Shown: positions 18,634 through 28,946, counted from the first letter of the stretch. The stretch: DNA of 64,000 nt from an uncultured Anaerolineaceae bacterium (GCA_964293995.1 CAXYYH010000003.1:5176-69175), one strand, 5' to 3'. Notes: generated from the sequence alone by a model not told the origin. Numbers and translations are program-made.

Positions 18634-18710
18634 ACAGCTGGATGCTGGTGAACCGGACGGGTAATTAACAAGAAAAAGCAGGTAAAATAGCGAAAAGATA
18701 CGGAGCAGAC

Positions 18711-19142
18711 ATGGCAAGGAAGATCTTAATGTACCTCAACATTTCCCTGGGAGCGACGCTGGCGATCCAGGCTTTGTTCCATCCAGGCCTCAACGCCAAT
18801 ATTCGACTGGTTTACATGATCGTTGCCATTGTGTTCGTTAACACAGCCATCTTCTCGAATCTGGCCTACACCGCGGCGATGTCAGAGAGCTCTTTTTCCT
18901 TCTTCAGCCGTAAGTATCGCCAGCTGCCAAAACAAGAAGCCGATCAACGCTCAAAAGCAATGATGGAAGTCGCCACCACTTCAATGCTCGCCAGCTCCCT
19001 GTTGGGATTGCTGGCCGCCAACACGATGTTCTTTCTTGAGATTACGCAAATCAATTACCTGATCTGGGTGATCGCCATTGCAACGCTTGTACCTTTGTTG
19101 ATCGCTTTTGTTTATCAATGGAAGCTTGATAAAAAATCGTGA
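18711..19142 (+). CDS. Hypothetical membrane protein (4 TM)
   Basis: ORF with a weak RBS (ggagcagacATG). Hydrophobic helices, no recognised motif. Confidence 0.55.
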   Translation: MARKILMYLNISLGATLAIQALFHPGLNANIRLVYMIVAIVFVNTAIFSNLAYTAAMSESSFSFFSRKYRQLPKQEADQRSKAMMEVATTSMLASSLLGLLAANTMFFLEITQINYLIWVIAIATLVPLLIAFVYQWKLDKKS

Positions 19143-19233
19143 TCTTCTACCACGATGGCAAAATAAGGCGAAATGTAAAACCTTATTCCATCGGAGGATG
19201 GATGGTTTTTTTGTTCATAAATATGTTAAGGGA

Positions 19234-19290
19234 GATGTCGAATTGAGAGAAAAAATCAACCAGTGATTTTTTCTCTCAATTTCGACCTAC
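19234..19290 (+). repeat. Family-1 hairpin repeat, copy R1 (forward)
   Basis: gatGTCGAATTGAgagaaaaaatca-accag-tgattttttctcTCAATTTCGACCTAC. Confidence 0.8.
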
Positions 19291-19295
19291 ATAAG

Positions 19296-19325
19296 AAAAG
19301 ACCCGGTGGTATCACAGGGTCTTTT
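19296..19325. terminator. Bidirectional terminator (ends the minus-strand G3P dehydrogenase operon)
   Basis: aaaagaccc/gggtctttt stem with an A-run and a T-run on both sides. Confidence 0.75.
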
Positions 19326-19350
19326 GGGTGGTAAAAACAGTTTTGTGCGT

Positions 19351-19716
19351 TTACTTTTCAGGCATGTCACGGCTGGCGATGACGTCTACGCCGGTGCCGA
19401 TGATGTTGGGGATGATGACATCTTCGGCTTTGACTGGCGCGCTGACTTCGATGGCACGGATCTTTGCCAGAACCTCGGGAATCCTGCTCTTTGGAATGGT
19501 TCCTTTTGTGTAAACCGGCAGGAGAGGATGGAAACCATTGGGGATCCTTACCGTAGTCGCGACCATGCGCTGCGGCGCGATCGCCTCCTGACGACCGTAA
19601 GTCTCGCCTCTGCGGCAGCGATTCCCTAAAATCTTAATGACCTCATCGCCTTCCATGCGGACGATCAATTTGCAGCCCATTGGGCAAGCGGTGCAGATAA
19701 AGTTCTTTTCTTCCAT
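19351..19716 (-). CDS. DUF1667 domain protein (third subunit of the Firmicutes-type G3P dehydrogenase gene set)
   Basis: CTACPMGC...GNRCRRG Cys motif and about 120 aa. The start lies 2 nt after the upstream stop. Confidence 0.85.
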   Translation of the reverse strand: MEEKNFICTACPMGCKLIVRMEGDEVIKILGNRCRRGETYGRQEAIAPQRMVATTVRIPNGFHPLLPVYTKGTIPKSRIPEVLAKIRAIEVSAPVKAEDVIIPNIIGTGVDVIASRDMPEK

Positions 19717-19717
19717 C

Positions 19718-21004
19718 TTATGCCTCCGATTTGGGATAGATATCGACGGTCAGGACGCCGGTCTTTTCGACTTCGGCCGCCATGCTGGATTTGAGCACGA
19801 TGGTGACCATCTCGCCCGGGCGAACATAGCGTTCTGACCGACGGACGATACTGTTCTCTTCTCCCCGGACTTCCAGCCAGACATCTTCCTCGATGGGTTG
19901 GGTGACGCGCATCTGCAGGCTGATGTCGCCCTGTTCGAGGGCTTTTTTGTCGAGTTTGTGGGGGACAATGTAGCGAACGTTTTTGCCAGCTTTGAGGGGA
20001 ATGTAGCGGGCAGCGCGTTCTTTTTCTACCAGCGCAAATTCAGCGGCGCTTTTACCGGCCTCAAAACCAGCCATGGAAACATAATCGACCAGGTCATAAA
20101 CATGAACCACGTTTCCTGCGGCAAAGATGCCGGGTACGTTGGTCTGGAAGTGTTCATCAACAAAGGGGCCGCCGGTGACGGGGTCGAGCATGACGCCTGC
20201 TTTTTTGCTAAGCTCATTTTCGGGGATGAGACCAACCGAAAGCAGCAGCGTATCGCAGGGGATGATCTCTTCGGTACCGGGGATGAAATTCCACTTGTCA
20301 TCAACCGCAACCGATTCAATGGCTTCGACGCGGTTTTTGCCGTGGATCTTTTTGATGGTATGGCGCAATTGCAGGGGGATGCCCCAGTCCTCGAGACACT
20401 GGACGTAGTTACGGCTCAGGCCGGAGAGGTAAGATTGAATTTCGAGCACGCGCTCAACCTTGGCGCCTTCGAAAGTAAGGCGTCGGGCCATGATCATACC
20501 GATATCGCCTGAACCGAGGATGACGAATTTATTGCCAGGCATGAAGCCTTCAACGTTGACCCAGCGCTGGGCTGTTCCCGCGGTAAAGACGCCGTTGGGG
20601 CGGTAGCCGGGGATGCGAACCTGAGCGCGGGAGCGTTCGCGGCAGCCCATGGCAAGGACGATGGCATGGGCATCGACCTCAAGATAACCAAAATCCTTGC
20701 TGGAGAGGTATAGCTTGCGCTGCGAGGTCACATCCATGACCATGGTATCCATCAAAAAAGTGATCCCGAGGGATTTTGCTTCATTAATAAAGCGCTGGGC
20801 GTATTCGGGCCCGGGAAGATCTTCTTTGAAAGTCTGCAAGCCAAAGCCGTTATGGATACATTGCAGGAGGATACCGCCCAACTCGACATCACGTTCGATG
20901 ACGAGCACATCGTCAGCGCCGCCTTTTTTGGCCTCGATGGCAGCTGCCAGACCGCTCGGACCGGCGCCAATTACAACCACATCATATTGTTTCTTAATCG
21001 ACAT
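19718..21004 (-). CDS. NAD(P)/FAD-dependent (pyridine nucleotide-disulfide type) oxidoreductase
   Basis: The true start MSIKKQYDVVVIGAGPSGLAAA has GGAGG 8 nt upstream. A second Rossmann motif is VILGSGDIG. The longer ORF-track version (to 21277) runs inside the upstream gene. Confidence 0.85.
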   Translation of the reverse strand: MSIKKQYDVVVIGAGPSGLAAAIEAKKGGADDVLVIERDVELGGILLQCIHNGFGLQTFKEDLPGPEYAQRFINEAKSLGITFLMDTMVMDVTSQRKLYLSSKDFGYLEVDAHAIVLAMGCRERSRAQVRIPGYRPNGVFTAGTAQRWVNVEGFMPGNKFVILGSGDIGMIMARRLTFEGAKVERVLEIQSYLSGLSRNYVQCLEDWGIPLQLRHTIKKIHGKNRVEAIESVAVDDKWNFIPGTEEIIPCDTLLLSVGLIPENELSKKAGVMLDPVTGGPFVDEHFQTNVPGIFAAGNVVHVYDLVDYVSMAGFEAGKSAAEFALVEKERAARYIPLKAGKNVRYIVPHKLDKKALEQGDISLQMRVTQPIEEDVWLEVRGEENSIVRRSERYVRPGEMVTIVLKSSMAAEVEKTGVLTVDIYPKSEA

Positions 21005-22490
21005 TTTCGACCTCCACGTTCTTGGTAGTCCGGATGAGGTATTCTGAGCCTTCGCCCCGTTTGGTGATCTCGAAGGGCGAAACGCCCATCTCACGGGCAA
21101 GGATCGCGACCACGCGCGACATGTCAAAACCACCCTGGCAGCGGCCAGTGCCCAGCCAGGTGCGGCGTTTGATCGCGTCGTAGGTCTGGGCTGGCACCGG
21201 AGCGTGAATTTCTGCGACAATTTCGCCTTCGGTGACGTTTTCACAGCGGCAGATGATCCTGCCGTAGCGTGGGTCAATTTCGCACAGCAGTTTGCGTTCC
21301 TGGTGAGTCAGTTTTGAGAAACGGGGTCGGGCTGGACGAATTGGATCCCAATCTTTCTTATCAATGAAGATCTCACCGGCGTCTTTCATCAGATCGACCA
21401 CTCTTTCAGCGATGGCTGGGGCTGAGGTGAGACCGGGGGATTCGATGCCGCCCAGATTGACGAAGCCCTGAACTTTTTCAGGAATTTCGATGACGAAATC
21501 GTTGTTGTAGTTGATGCCAGGAGTCAGGCAGGGGCCGTTGCCCATGGGGCGCAGACCGACAAAATTCGCGATGGAATGTTTCAGGTTGAGGCTCGGGATC
21601 AACTTTTGGGCGCCACTGAGCAGTTCATCCATGCCTTCCTTGGTCAGGGAGGTGTCTTCCTTATCGTCAATGATGTTGGCATTGGGGCCGATGATGGTAT
21701 TTTCGTGCAGGGTTCCTGTAACGAGAATACCCTTGCCGCGACTGGATGGTACGGGGAAGAGCACATTGTGGATCTGGACTTCGGCGCGGTCAAAGATAAA
21801 ATATTCGCCTTTGCGGGCTTTGATGAAGAATTCGGGACGAACGCCGGCTTTATGCATGACATCGTCAGAGTAGATGCCAGCCGCGTTGATGACCCAACGG
21901 GCAAAGAAGTCGCCGCGGTTGGTCTTGACGCCGATGATTCGGCTGCCTTCCCAGATGAAGTCCTCAAAAGCCGTGTTGAATAGGACGGTGGCGCCGTTGT
22001 TGACGGCGTTTTCAGCCGCCGCAACGGTGACCTGGAAGGGATCGCAAAGACCGCCGGTGCTGGCCCAGAGGGCGCCGCTGACTTCGGGGTTGATGTCGCG
22101 CTCGCGGGAACGCATTTCAGCGCCATCGATCATGCGCATACCGGGGACACCATTTTTGATGCCTTGTTGCATGAGTTTGTCGACCAGGGGAAGTTCTTCT
22201 TCGCCGACGGCGACCACATAGTCACCGCGTCGTTCGAAGGCGAAACCGAGTTCACCTGCGAGTTGGTCCCACATTGGATTCGCGCGCACATTCATGAGCG
22301 CTTTCAGAGAACCTGGGAGGGGATCGTAACCGGCATGGACGATGGCGGTATTGGCAGACGAACACCCCATGCCGAGATCAGCTTCCTTTTCAATCAGTAA
22401 GACTCTGCCTTCATAGCGGGAAAGCCAGCGGGCAATCATTGACCCGACAACGCCTCCCCCGATTACGAGATAATCGTATTTTTCCTGCAC
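20994..22490 (-). CDS. FAD-dependent glycerol-3-phosphate dehydrogenase/oxidase-like protein with BFD-like [2Fe-2S] domain
   Basis: YDYLVIGGGVVGSMIA and C-terminal CRCENVTEGEI...GTGRCQGGFD. A GTG start at 22490 lies 5 nt after GGAGG; the ORF-track TTG at 22502 is an alternative. Confidence 0.85.
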   Translation of the reverse strand: MQEKYDYLVIGGGVVGSMIARWLSRYEGRVLLIEKEADLGMGCSSANTAIVHAGYDPLPGSLKALMNVRANPMWDQLAGELGFAFERRGDYVVAVGEEELPLVDKLMQQGIKNGVPGMRMIDGAEMRSRERDINPEVSGALWASTGGLCDPFQVTVAAAENAVNNGATVLFNTAFEDFIWEGSRIIGVKTNRGDFFARWVINAAGIYSDDVMHKAGVRPEFFIKARKGEYFIFDRAEVQIHNVLFPVPSSRGKGILVTGTLHENTIIGPNANIIDDKEDTSLTKEGMDELLSGAQKLIPSLNLKHSIANFVGLRPMGNGPCLTPGINYNNDFVIEIPEKVQGFVNLGGIESPGLTSAPAIAERVVDLMKDAGEIFIDKKDWDPIRPARPRFSKLTHQERKLLCEIDPRYGRIICRCENVTEGEIVAEIHAPVPAQTYDAIKRRTWLGTGRCQGGFDMSRVVAILAREMGVSPFEITKRGEGSEYLIRTTKNVEVENVD

Positions 22491-23081
22491 ACTTACCTCC
22501 AACCTATTGTATTTTTTGGCAGCTCACCGATCATGATGCCGATGGGAATGATCTTCGGGATTATTTGTTGAAGCTGCCTTTGAGCGATGAACGGCTATTA
22601 ATCTGAAAGAAAATAAATCTATACAAGCTTACAAATTAATGCCAAATGGTATTATACTACTTAATAACTCTGTAACCTTAAAAAACATTGAATTTTGTGC
22701 AAGTCGTCTATACAACTTCGGAAAAATGGTGTAGAATAGAGTTGTCTCAGCGGAGGTGGTTTGCAATTGGGCTTAAATCAGTATTCGTAATAAGCCTGAA
22801 CCACAAAACCGGTCAGTTTTGTTATTGAACATCGAAGAAAACAGGAACATTATATTGACAGTGATTAATGTTAGTTTATCAAAAAGAGGCTTGACCTCAG
22901 GTTCAGAAAGATTGACAGCAACTTGTTGCGTGTTTTTATCTGCTGGGGGTTCAATATCTGAATTCATCAACAAACATCTGTACAAGATGAAAGGGAGGTG
23001 TGCCTATTCACTAATTGTTTGAAAAGCAGTGCCCAAAACCATCTTTTTTTAAACAAATTTATAAGGAGAATAAATAAAATC

Positions 23082-23879
23082 ATGGACAAACGTACAATCA
23101 AAGAATTTATCGGCGAAATCTTCGGAACCTTCATCCTGATCCTGCTCGGTGATGGTGTTGTCGCCAATGTCGGTCTGGCCCCTCGCGTGGCTGGAACTGC
23201 TTATAACTGGAACACGATCACCATCGGCTGGGCATTCGCAGTCATTATCGCTGCTTATGTCTCCGGTGGTATTTCCGGTGCCCACCTCAACCCAGCCGTT
23301 ACCCTCGGTCTGGCTGTCCGCCGCGGCTTCCCCTGGAAGAAAGTCGTCCCCTATATCATCGCCCAATTCATCGGTGCTTTCCTCGGCGCTGCCGCTGTCT
23401 ATCTGATCTACAAAGATGGTCTCGTGGCTGCTGGTATGCCCAACGTTTGGTCGACCGGTCCCGGTTCTGTCTTTGGACAAACATTCTGGGGTGGCCCATC
23501 CGCAGGTGTGGCAGGGTCTGACTCTTACAGCTTGTTGACTGCCTCCATTGCTGAACTGTTCGGCACCTTTATCCTGATCTGGGGCATTTGCGCGAGCGGT
23601 GACCTCAAGAACAGCGGCCTCAAAGACAACTTCGGAATCTTCCTGGTTGGTTTCGCTGTCCTGGCAGTTGGTCTCTCCCTCGGTGGCCCCTCCGGCTATT
23701 CCATCAACCCCGCCCGCGACCTCGCGCCCCGTCTCTTCGGCCTCCTGGTTGGAACCAAGGGTTTGTTCGATGGTATTTACTGGCTGATCCCGCCCGTGCT
23801 CGTACCGTTAGTGGCTGGTCCTATCGGCTTCTGGCTGTATGACGTTCTGGTGAGCGCCAATCTGCCCAAGAAAGATTAA
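23082..23879 (+). CDS. glpF: Glycerol uptake facilitator (MIP/aquaglyceroporin)
   Basis: Two NPA boxes (HLNPAVTL, SINPARDL). Start at MDKRTIKEF, downstream of a taaggagaa RBS. Confidence 0.92.
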   Translation: MDKRTIKEFIGEIFGTFILILLGDGVVANVGLAPRVAGTAYNWNTITIGWAFAVIIAAYVSGGISGAHLNPAVTLGLAVRRGFPWKKVVPYIIAQFIGAFLGAAAVYLIYKDGLVAAGMPNVWSTGPGSVFGQTFWGGPSAGVAGSDSYSLLTASIAELFGTFILIWGICASGDLKNSGLKDNFGIFLVGFAVLAVGLSLGGPSGYSINPARDLAPRLFGLLVGTKGLFDGIYWLIPPVLVPLVAGPIGFWLYDVLVSANLPKKD

Positions 23880-23954
23880 TTCAGATTACGACCGCTGATT
23901 GATACCTGGTAATCGCATGGTCGTACCAAGTAAACAAAAAGGAGACACAAATAT

Positions 23955-24956
23955 ATGAAAAAATTGATCAATAAACCTGAAGATGTTGTAAAAGAAGAAC
24001 TTAAAGGTATCGAACTGGCGCATGCCGACCTGGTCAAGGTCTATTATGACCCCGACTTTATCGTTCGCGCTGATGCCCCGGTTCAAGGCAAGGTAGGCTT
24101 GGTCTCCGGTGGGGGCAGCGGTCATGAACCCATGCACGGCGGTTTTGTCGGCAAGGGCATGCTCGATGCTGCCTGCCCGGGCGCTGTCTTTACCAGCCCA
24201 ACTCCCGATCAGATGCTGGAAGCCACCAAAGCAGTTGATGGCGGCGCTGGCGTCCTGCACATTGTCAAAAACTACACTGGTGACGTGATGAACTTCGAAA
24301 TGGCAGCCGATATGGCGCGTGCCGAAGGCATCGAAGTCGAATCTGTGATTGTTGATGACGATGTTGCTGTCGAAGACAGCACCTGGACTGCCGGACGACG
24401 CGGTGTCGGCCTGACTGTTCTGATGGAAAAGATCGTTGGCGCGGCTGCCGAAGAAGGACGTTCCCTTAAGGAATGTGCCGATCTGGCCCGCAAGATCAAC
24501 GGCCAGGGTCGCAGTATGGGCATGGCTTTGACCTCCTGCACCGTTCCTCATGTTGGCAAACCTTCCTTCGATCTGCCCGAAGATGAGATGGAAATCGGTA
24601 TTGGTATCCATGGTGAACCAGGCCGCCATCGCATTCCGTTGGAACCTGCTGACAAGATCACCGAAATGCTGATCGAGCCGATCGTTACTGATCTGCCCTT
24701 CAAAGAAGGCGATGAAGTCGTGTTGTTTGTCAACAGCATGGGCGGAACGCCGCTGATCGAACTCTACATTGTCTACGCCAAGGCAGTAGAACTGCTGGCA
24801 GCCAAGGGCATCAAAGTGGTTCGTCACCTGATCGGTCCGTACATCACCAGCCTGGAGATGGCTGGAACCTCGATCACCTTGCTGAAGGTTGATGAGGAAA
24901 TGCTCAAACTCTGGGATGCGCCGGTCAAGACAGCCGGAATGCGCTGGGGAATTTAG
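23955..24956 (+). CDS. dhaK: Dihydroxyacetone kinase subunit DhaK
   Basis: [12 protein letters not shown]... and [11 protein letters not shown] motif. Confidence 0.93.
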   Translation: MKKLINKPEDVVKEELKGIELAHADLVKVYYDPDFIVRADAPVQGKVGLVSGGGSGHEPMHGGFVGKGMLDAACPGAVFTSPTPDQMLEATKAVDGGAGVLHIVKNYTGDVMNFEMAADMARAEGIEVESVIVDDDVAVEDSTWTAGRRGVGLTVLMEKIVGAAAEEGRSLKECADLARKINGQGRSMGMALTSCTVPHVGKPSFDLPEDEMEIGIGIHGEPGRHRIPLEPADKITEMLIEPIVTDLPFKEGDEVVLFVNSMGGTPLIELYIVYAKAVELLAAKGIKVVRHLIGPYITSLEMAGTSITLLKVDEEMLKLWDAPVKTAGMRWGI

Positions 24957-25010
24957 TTAGAAACAGGATACTGGAGCTCGCGGGCTCCAGTATCCATATT
25001 AGAGGCAAAT

Positions 25011-25646
25011 GTGACTATTCAAAGAGATGATGTGTTGAACTGGGTGCGTGAATACGCCCAGGTGATCGAAGACAACCATGAAATGCTGACGGAATTAGAC
25101 CGTGAGATCGGTGATGCCGACCACGGAGCTAATATGCGCAGAGGCTTCAAGGCTGTCCTTGAAAAGTTGCCTTCGGTGGAAGATAAAGATATCGGAACGA
25201 TCCTGAAAACCGTTGGAATGACGCTTCTGTCCAAAGTCGGTGGAGCAGGCGGCCCTCTTTACTCAACAATTTTCATGAAAGCCGGTATGACCATCGGCGC
25301 GAAAATGGAAATGGAACTGAGCGACTGGGCCCAGGCGCTTGAGGCGGGCATTGCGGGAGTGGCAACGCTCGGTAAGGCCCAACTGAACGACAAAACCATG
25401 TTAGACGCGCTTTATCCGGCATTGGACGCCTTGAAACAAGCCATTGCGGACGGCCTCCCGACCGGAGATGCGCTTAAACGATCTGCCGAAGCTGCCCATC
25501 AGGGTATGCTGGCGACGGTTCCCCTGATGGCTCGCAAAGGTCGCGCCAGTTATTTGGGAGAACGCAGTATCGGTCATCAGGATCCGGGGGCTACTTCAAC
25601 AACTTTGTTGCTTGAATCAGTCGCAAAAGTATGGGCGGATTGCTGA
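25011..25646 (+). CDS. dhaL: Dihydroxyacetone kinase subunit DhaL (ADP-binding)
   Basis: GDADHGANMRRG motif, about 210 aa, GTG start. Confidence 0.9.
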   Translation: MTIQRDDVLNWVREYAQVIEDNHEMLTELDREIGDADHGANMRRGFKAVLEKLPSVEDKDIGTILKTVGMTLLSKVGGAGGPLYSTIFMKAGMTIGAKMEMELSDWAQALEAGIAGVATLGKAQLNDKTMLDALYPALDALKQAIADGLPTGDALKRSAEAAHQGMLATVPLMARKGRASYLGERSIGHQDPGATSTTLLLESVAKVWADC

Positions 25647-25683
25647 TCCGTTCACTAATTACAATAAAAAAGGAGATTAAATT

Positions 25684-27183
25684 ATGGCAAAATATGTAGG
25701 AGCAGTGGATCAGGGTACTACCAGCACCCGTTTTATGGTTTTTGATCATAGTGGAAAAGTTGTTGGTTACGAACAAAAAGAACACGAACAGATCTACCCC
25801 AAACCAGGATGGGTTGAACACGATCCATTGGAAATCTGGCAAGCTACCCAGGAAGTTATCAGCGGTACCCTCAAAAAACTCCACCTTGAACCAAAAGATC
25901 TTGCTGCAGTCGGCGTGACCAATCAACGCGAAACCGCCGTTGTCTGGGAAAAAGCCACTGGCAAGCCTGTTTACAACGCCATTGTCTGGCAGGACACCCG
26001 TACAGATCTGATCTGCAACGAACTCGCAAAAGATGGCGGCCAGGACCGCTTCCGCACCAAAGTTGGTCTGCCTCTGGCAACCTACTTCTCTGGTATGAAG
26101 ATCAAGTGGATTCTGGAAAATGATCCCTCTTTGAAAGAAAAAGCCGAGAAGGGCGAAATCCTCTTCGGTAACATCGACACCTGGGTGATCTGGAATCTGA
26201 CCGGCGGCCCCAAGGGCGGCGTCCATATCACTGATGTGACCAACGCTTCCCGTACCTTCATGATGAATCTGGAAACCCTTGATTGGGATCCGGAAATGCT
26301 GCAGGTTTTGGGCGTCCCCCGCGCAATGCTGCCCGACATCAAAGCCTCCAGCCAGGTCTACGGCTATGCCAAGGGCGATCTGGAAGGCGTTGCTGTGGCA
26401 GGTGACCTGGGTGATCAGCAGGCTGCCCTCTTTGGTCAGACATGCTACAGCCCCGGCGAAGCCAAGAACACGTATGGTACCGGCTGCTTCATGCTCATGA
26501 ATACTGGCACCAAACCGATCCAATCCAAGAACGGTCTGCTGACCACTTTGGGCTACAAGATCGGCAAAGAACCCGCTGTCTACGCTCTGGAAGGCTCCAT
26601 CGCCATCACCGGTGCTTTGGTCCAGTGGATTCGCGATAACCTTAAGATGATCGAAAAGTCTTCGGACATCGAACAACTTGCCAAGACTGTCGAAGACAGC
26701 GGCGGCATCTACTTCGTACCCGCTTTCTCCGGTCTGTTCGCTCCCTACTGGAAGAGCGATGCCCGCGGCGCCATTGTCGGTCTGACCCGCTACATCAACG
26801 CTGGTCACCTGGCCCGTGCCGTCCTTGAAGCAACTGCCTATCAGACTGCTGAAGTTCTCGAAGCCATGAACAAAGATTCCGGCGTCGAACTGACCGCGCT
26901 CAAGGTTGATGGCGGTATGGTCTTCAATGAGACCCTGATGCAATTCCAGTCTGACATCCTCGGTGTACCCGTGATTCGCCCGACCGTTGCTGAAACCACC
27001 GCTTTGGGCGCTGCCTACGCAGCTGGCCTGGCTGTTGGCTTCTGGGAAAAGGTCGAAGATCTGCGCGCCAACTGGGGCAAGGACAAAGAATGGCATCCTG
27101 CCATGGCCGAAGAAACCCGTGAAAAACTCTACAAGGGTTGGAAGAAGGCCGTTACACGTACCTTCGACTGGGTCGAAAACTAA
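25684..27183 (+). CDS. glpK: Glycerol kinase
   Basis: [17 protein letters not shown]-terminus, FGGY signatures, 499 aa, RBS aaaggag. Confidence 0.96.
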   Translation: MAKYVGAVDQGTTSTRFMVFDHSGKVVGYEQKEHEQIYPKPGWVEHDPLEIWQATQEVISGTLKKLHLEPKDLAAVGVTNQRETAVVWEKATGKPVYNAIVWQDTRTDLICNELAKDGGQDRFRTKVGLPLATYFSGMKIKWILENDPSLKEKAEKGEILFGNIDTWVIWNLTGGPKGGVHITDVTNASRTFMMNLETLDWDPEMLQVLGVPRAMLPDIKASSQVYGYAKGDLEGVAVAGDLGDQQAALFGQTCYSPGEAKNTYGTGCFMLMNTGTKPIQSKNGLLTTLGYKIGKEPAVYALEGSIAITGALVQWIRDNLKMIEKSSDIEQLAKTVEDSGGIYFVPAFSGLFAPYWKSDARGAIVGLTRYINAGHLARAVLEATAYQTAEVLEAMNKDSGVELTALKVDGGMVFNETLMQFQSDILGVPVIRPTVAETTALGAAYAAGLAVGFWEKVEDLRANWGKDKEWHPAMAEETREKLYKGWKKAVTRTFDWVEN

Positions 27184-27202
27184 TTCAAAATTTCGTTTAG
27201 AA

Positions 27203-27233
27203 TTAAGGGGCGGGACAAACTCTCGCCCCTTAA
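27203..27233 (+). terminator. Hairpin after glpK (possible partial terminator/attenuator inside the operon)
   Basis: ttaaggggcg/cgccccttaa, a 10-bp stem followed only by ttatt. Confidence 0.4.
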
Positions 27234-27253
27234 TTATTGAATGGAGCTAAGCC

Positions 27254-27541
27254 ATGAGCCAAAAAAAGAAGACAACCAAAAATGAAGATGAACAAAAAGC
27301 CCTCGAAAGCATGAGCAAACCCTGGATACAGAGAAGAACAGGTTTTCTCGTTATAACCGCTCTCAGTGTGGTGTTGATGATTTTTATCTCCGTCCAGTTG
27401 ATCATGCAAAACCCGCAGGAATGGCCGAAAGCGCTTTTATGGGGATTCCTGTTTGGCGCGAGTGTTTGGGTGGTGTTCTTTGGGTTTAATTGGTTCCATT
27501 CGCTCTTTAGACCCAAACCAGAGGAAGAAAAGAAAGCATAA
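27254..27541 (+). CDS. Small membrane protein (2 TM, Lys/Glu-rich termini) embedded in dha/glp operon
   Basis: RBS aatggagctaagccATG, two hydrophobic helices, no recognised family. Confidence 0.55.
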   Translation: MSQKKKTTKNEDEQKALESMSKPWIQRRTGFLVITALSVVLMIFISVQLIMQNPQEWPKALLWGFLFGASVWVVFFGFNWFHSLFRPKPEEEKKA

Positions 27542-27555
27542 TACAGGAGCGCACG

Positions 27556-28302
27556 ATGGTCAACATATTACTTGTTTCACATAGTCACAAACTTGCCACA
27601 GGAACAGCCGAATTATTACGCCAGATGGCGACGTCAGAAGCCTTTAAAGTGCGCGTAGCCGCGGGCATCGGCGATGACCATGAAGAAATTGGCACCAACG
27701 CGGTTGAGATCATGGAAGCTTTAACCGAGTTGACCATGGACGGCGAGGTACTGGTTCTGATGGACCTGGGCAGCGCGCTTTTGAGCACGGAAATGGCATT
27801 GCAAATGTTGGACGAAGAAACAGCCGCCAGGGTGCGTATGTGTCCGGCTCCTTTTGTGGAGGGCGCAATCGCGGCCGGGGTTCAGGCCAACATGGGCAGC
27901 AGTTTGCAGGAAGTCTATGACGAAGCCATGGGCGCTCTGGACGCCAAGCGAAAGCAGATCCTGGGAGATGAGGAAACTCCGGTTGAAGAGGCAGCACCTG
28001 TGCAGGAAAAAGAGGCGAAAACCTCCGATGAAGTGGAGTTGCGGATAACGGTTACCAACGAAAGCGGTTTGCATGCCCGACCTGCGGCAACTTTCGTTCA
28101 GACGATCAAGAAACATGATGCCAAATTGAGCGTGACCAATTTGACGCAGGGTGGGGAGGAAGTGGCCATCAAAGGCATGATCTCGGTCATGATGCTTGCC
28201 GCCCGGCAAGGCGATGAGCTGATCCTGAAAGCCACCGGCAACGACCGCCAGGCAATGCTGGAGGAACTGGAACAATTGTTTTTGGACAATTTCGGCGAGT
28301 AG
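27556..28302 (+). CDS. dhaM: PTS-dependent dihydroxyacetone kinase phosphotransferase subunit DhaM (EIIA-Man-like + HPr domains, no EI-like domain)
   Basis: N-terminal LLVSHSHKLATG and a C-terminal HPr-like GLHARPAATFV. Confidence 0.88.
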   Translation: MVNILLVSHSHKLATGTAELLRQMATSEAFKVRVAAGIGDDHEEIGTNAVEIMEALTELTMDGEVLVLMDLGSALLSTEMALQMLDEETAARVRMCPAPFVEGAIAAGVQANMGSSLQEVYDEAMGALDAKRKQILGDEETPVEEAAPVQEKEAKTSDEVELRITVTNESGLHARPAATFVQTIKKHDAKLSVTNLTQGGEEVAIKGMISVMMLAARQGDELILKATGNDRQAMLEELEQLFLDNFGE

Positions 28303-28343
28303 TTATTGATTGTTATAACGTCATAATACTCGCGTTGAGATCA

Positions 28344-28371
28344 AAAAAGGATGCAAAAGCGCATCCTTTTT
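28344..28371. terminator. Bidirectional terminator between dhaM and DUF456 gene
   Basis: aaaaaggatgc/gcatccttttt. Confidence 0.8.
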
Positions 28372-28421
28372 GATTTAAGCGCGTGGTCAGGAGGCCAGGC
28401 GCGAACGAAAAAGCGGTTAAT

Positions 28422-28946
28422 CTATAAGAAAAACACCATAAGAAGCCAGAGACCAATCATCAGCAGACAGATCACAAAGCGGATGATGGCTGCGGTGCCA
28501 TATCCGAATGCGAGCGCTTTTGTGGCTTCCCAGGCTTTCTCCTTATCCTTGTCCAGGCGGTAGTATTCCAGCAAAAAGAGGGTCGCAAGCGCTACCGCCA
28601 GACCACCCAGGGGCGTCAGGAAAATTCCACCCAGGATCATGGCCACAAAAGTGACCAAAATTTCCCACCAGGGAACGCCCTTGTCACGCGTGTTTTTGGC
28701 CCCAAGGATGTTGTCGATTAGCGAACCGCCGATCATCAGCAGGGTGTTGAGCACAAAAATGGCGATCGTTAGCCCAAATTCCCAGCCGCCGTGCGCTTTG
28801 TTGAAACCAACATACAAGACCCAGATCAATTGCCCGATCCAGCTGACCGCCAGGCCTGGAAAAAAGACCAGAACCAGGCCGAGCAAGCCGATCAGGTTGA
28901 CGATCATGCAAATTATAAATACAAGATAATGGCTTACCGTATTCAT
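28422..28946 (-). CDS. DUF456-family membrane protein
   Basis: Four hydrophobic helices with a pattern resembling DUF456/YqgC. The ATG overlaps the serS stop (ATGA). Confidence 0.75.
   Translation of the reverse strand: MNTVSHYLVFIICMIVNLIGLLGLVLVFFPGLAVSWIGQLIWVLYVGFNKAHGGWEFGLTIAIFVLNTLLMIGGSLIDNILGAKNTRDKGVPWWEILVTFVAMILGGIFLTPLGGLAVALATLFLLEYYRLDKDKEKAWEATKALAFGYGTAAIIRFVICLLMIGLWLLMVFFL

Noticed and set aside
19234-19290. Family-1 hairpins as integron attC sites
   Set aside because: Bulged imperfect hairpins with variable centres are reminiscent of attC. However, the ends do not match the RYYYAAC/GTTRRRY core sites. There is no intI gene and no cassette-like single promoterless ORFs between copies.
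21005-21277. N-terminal 91-codon extension of the 19718-21277 ORF
   Set aside because: It runs inside the 3' end of the upstream dehydrogenase gene. The Rossmann motif and GGAGG RBS define the start at 21004.
22773-23167. Small ORFs (22773-22985, 22819-23022, 22967-23167) in the glp divergent intergenic region
   Set aside because: They are AT-rich, mutually overlapping, lack an RBS and give low-complexity translations. The region is better explained as promoter/operator DNA.
25591-27096. 501-aa ORF antisense to glpK. Similar long antisense ORFs: 23886-24827 (dhaK), 29144-30208 (serS), 52403-53452 (fba), 62014-63078 (gpmA/GNAT), 17574-18446 (carbamoyltransferase), 45562-46332 (cysS), 39344-40096 (der).
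   Set aside because: Each lies fully inside a gene with unmistakable family motifs on the other strand. They have no RBS and low-complexity Gly/Asp/Ala/Val-rich translations. They are the expected by-product of codon bias (stop-poor antisense frame), not overlapping genes.
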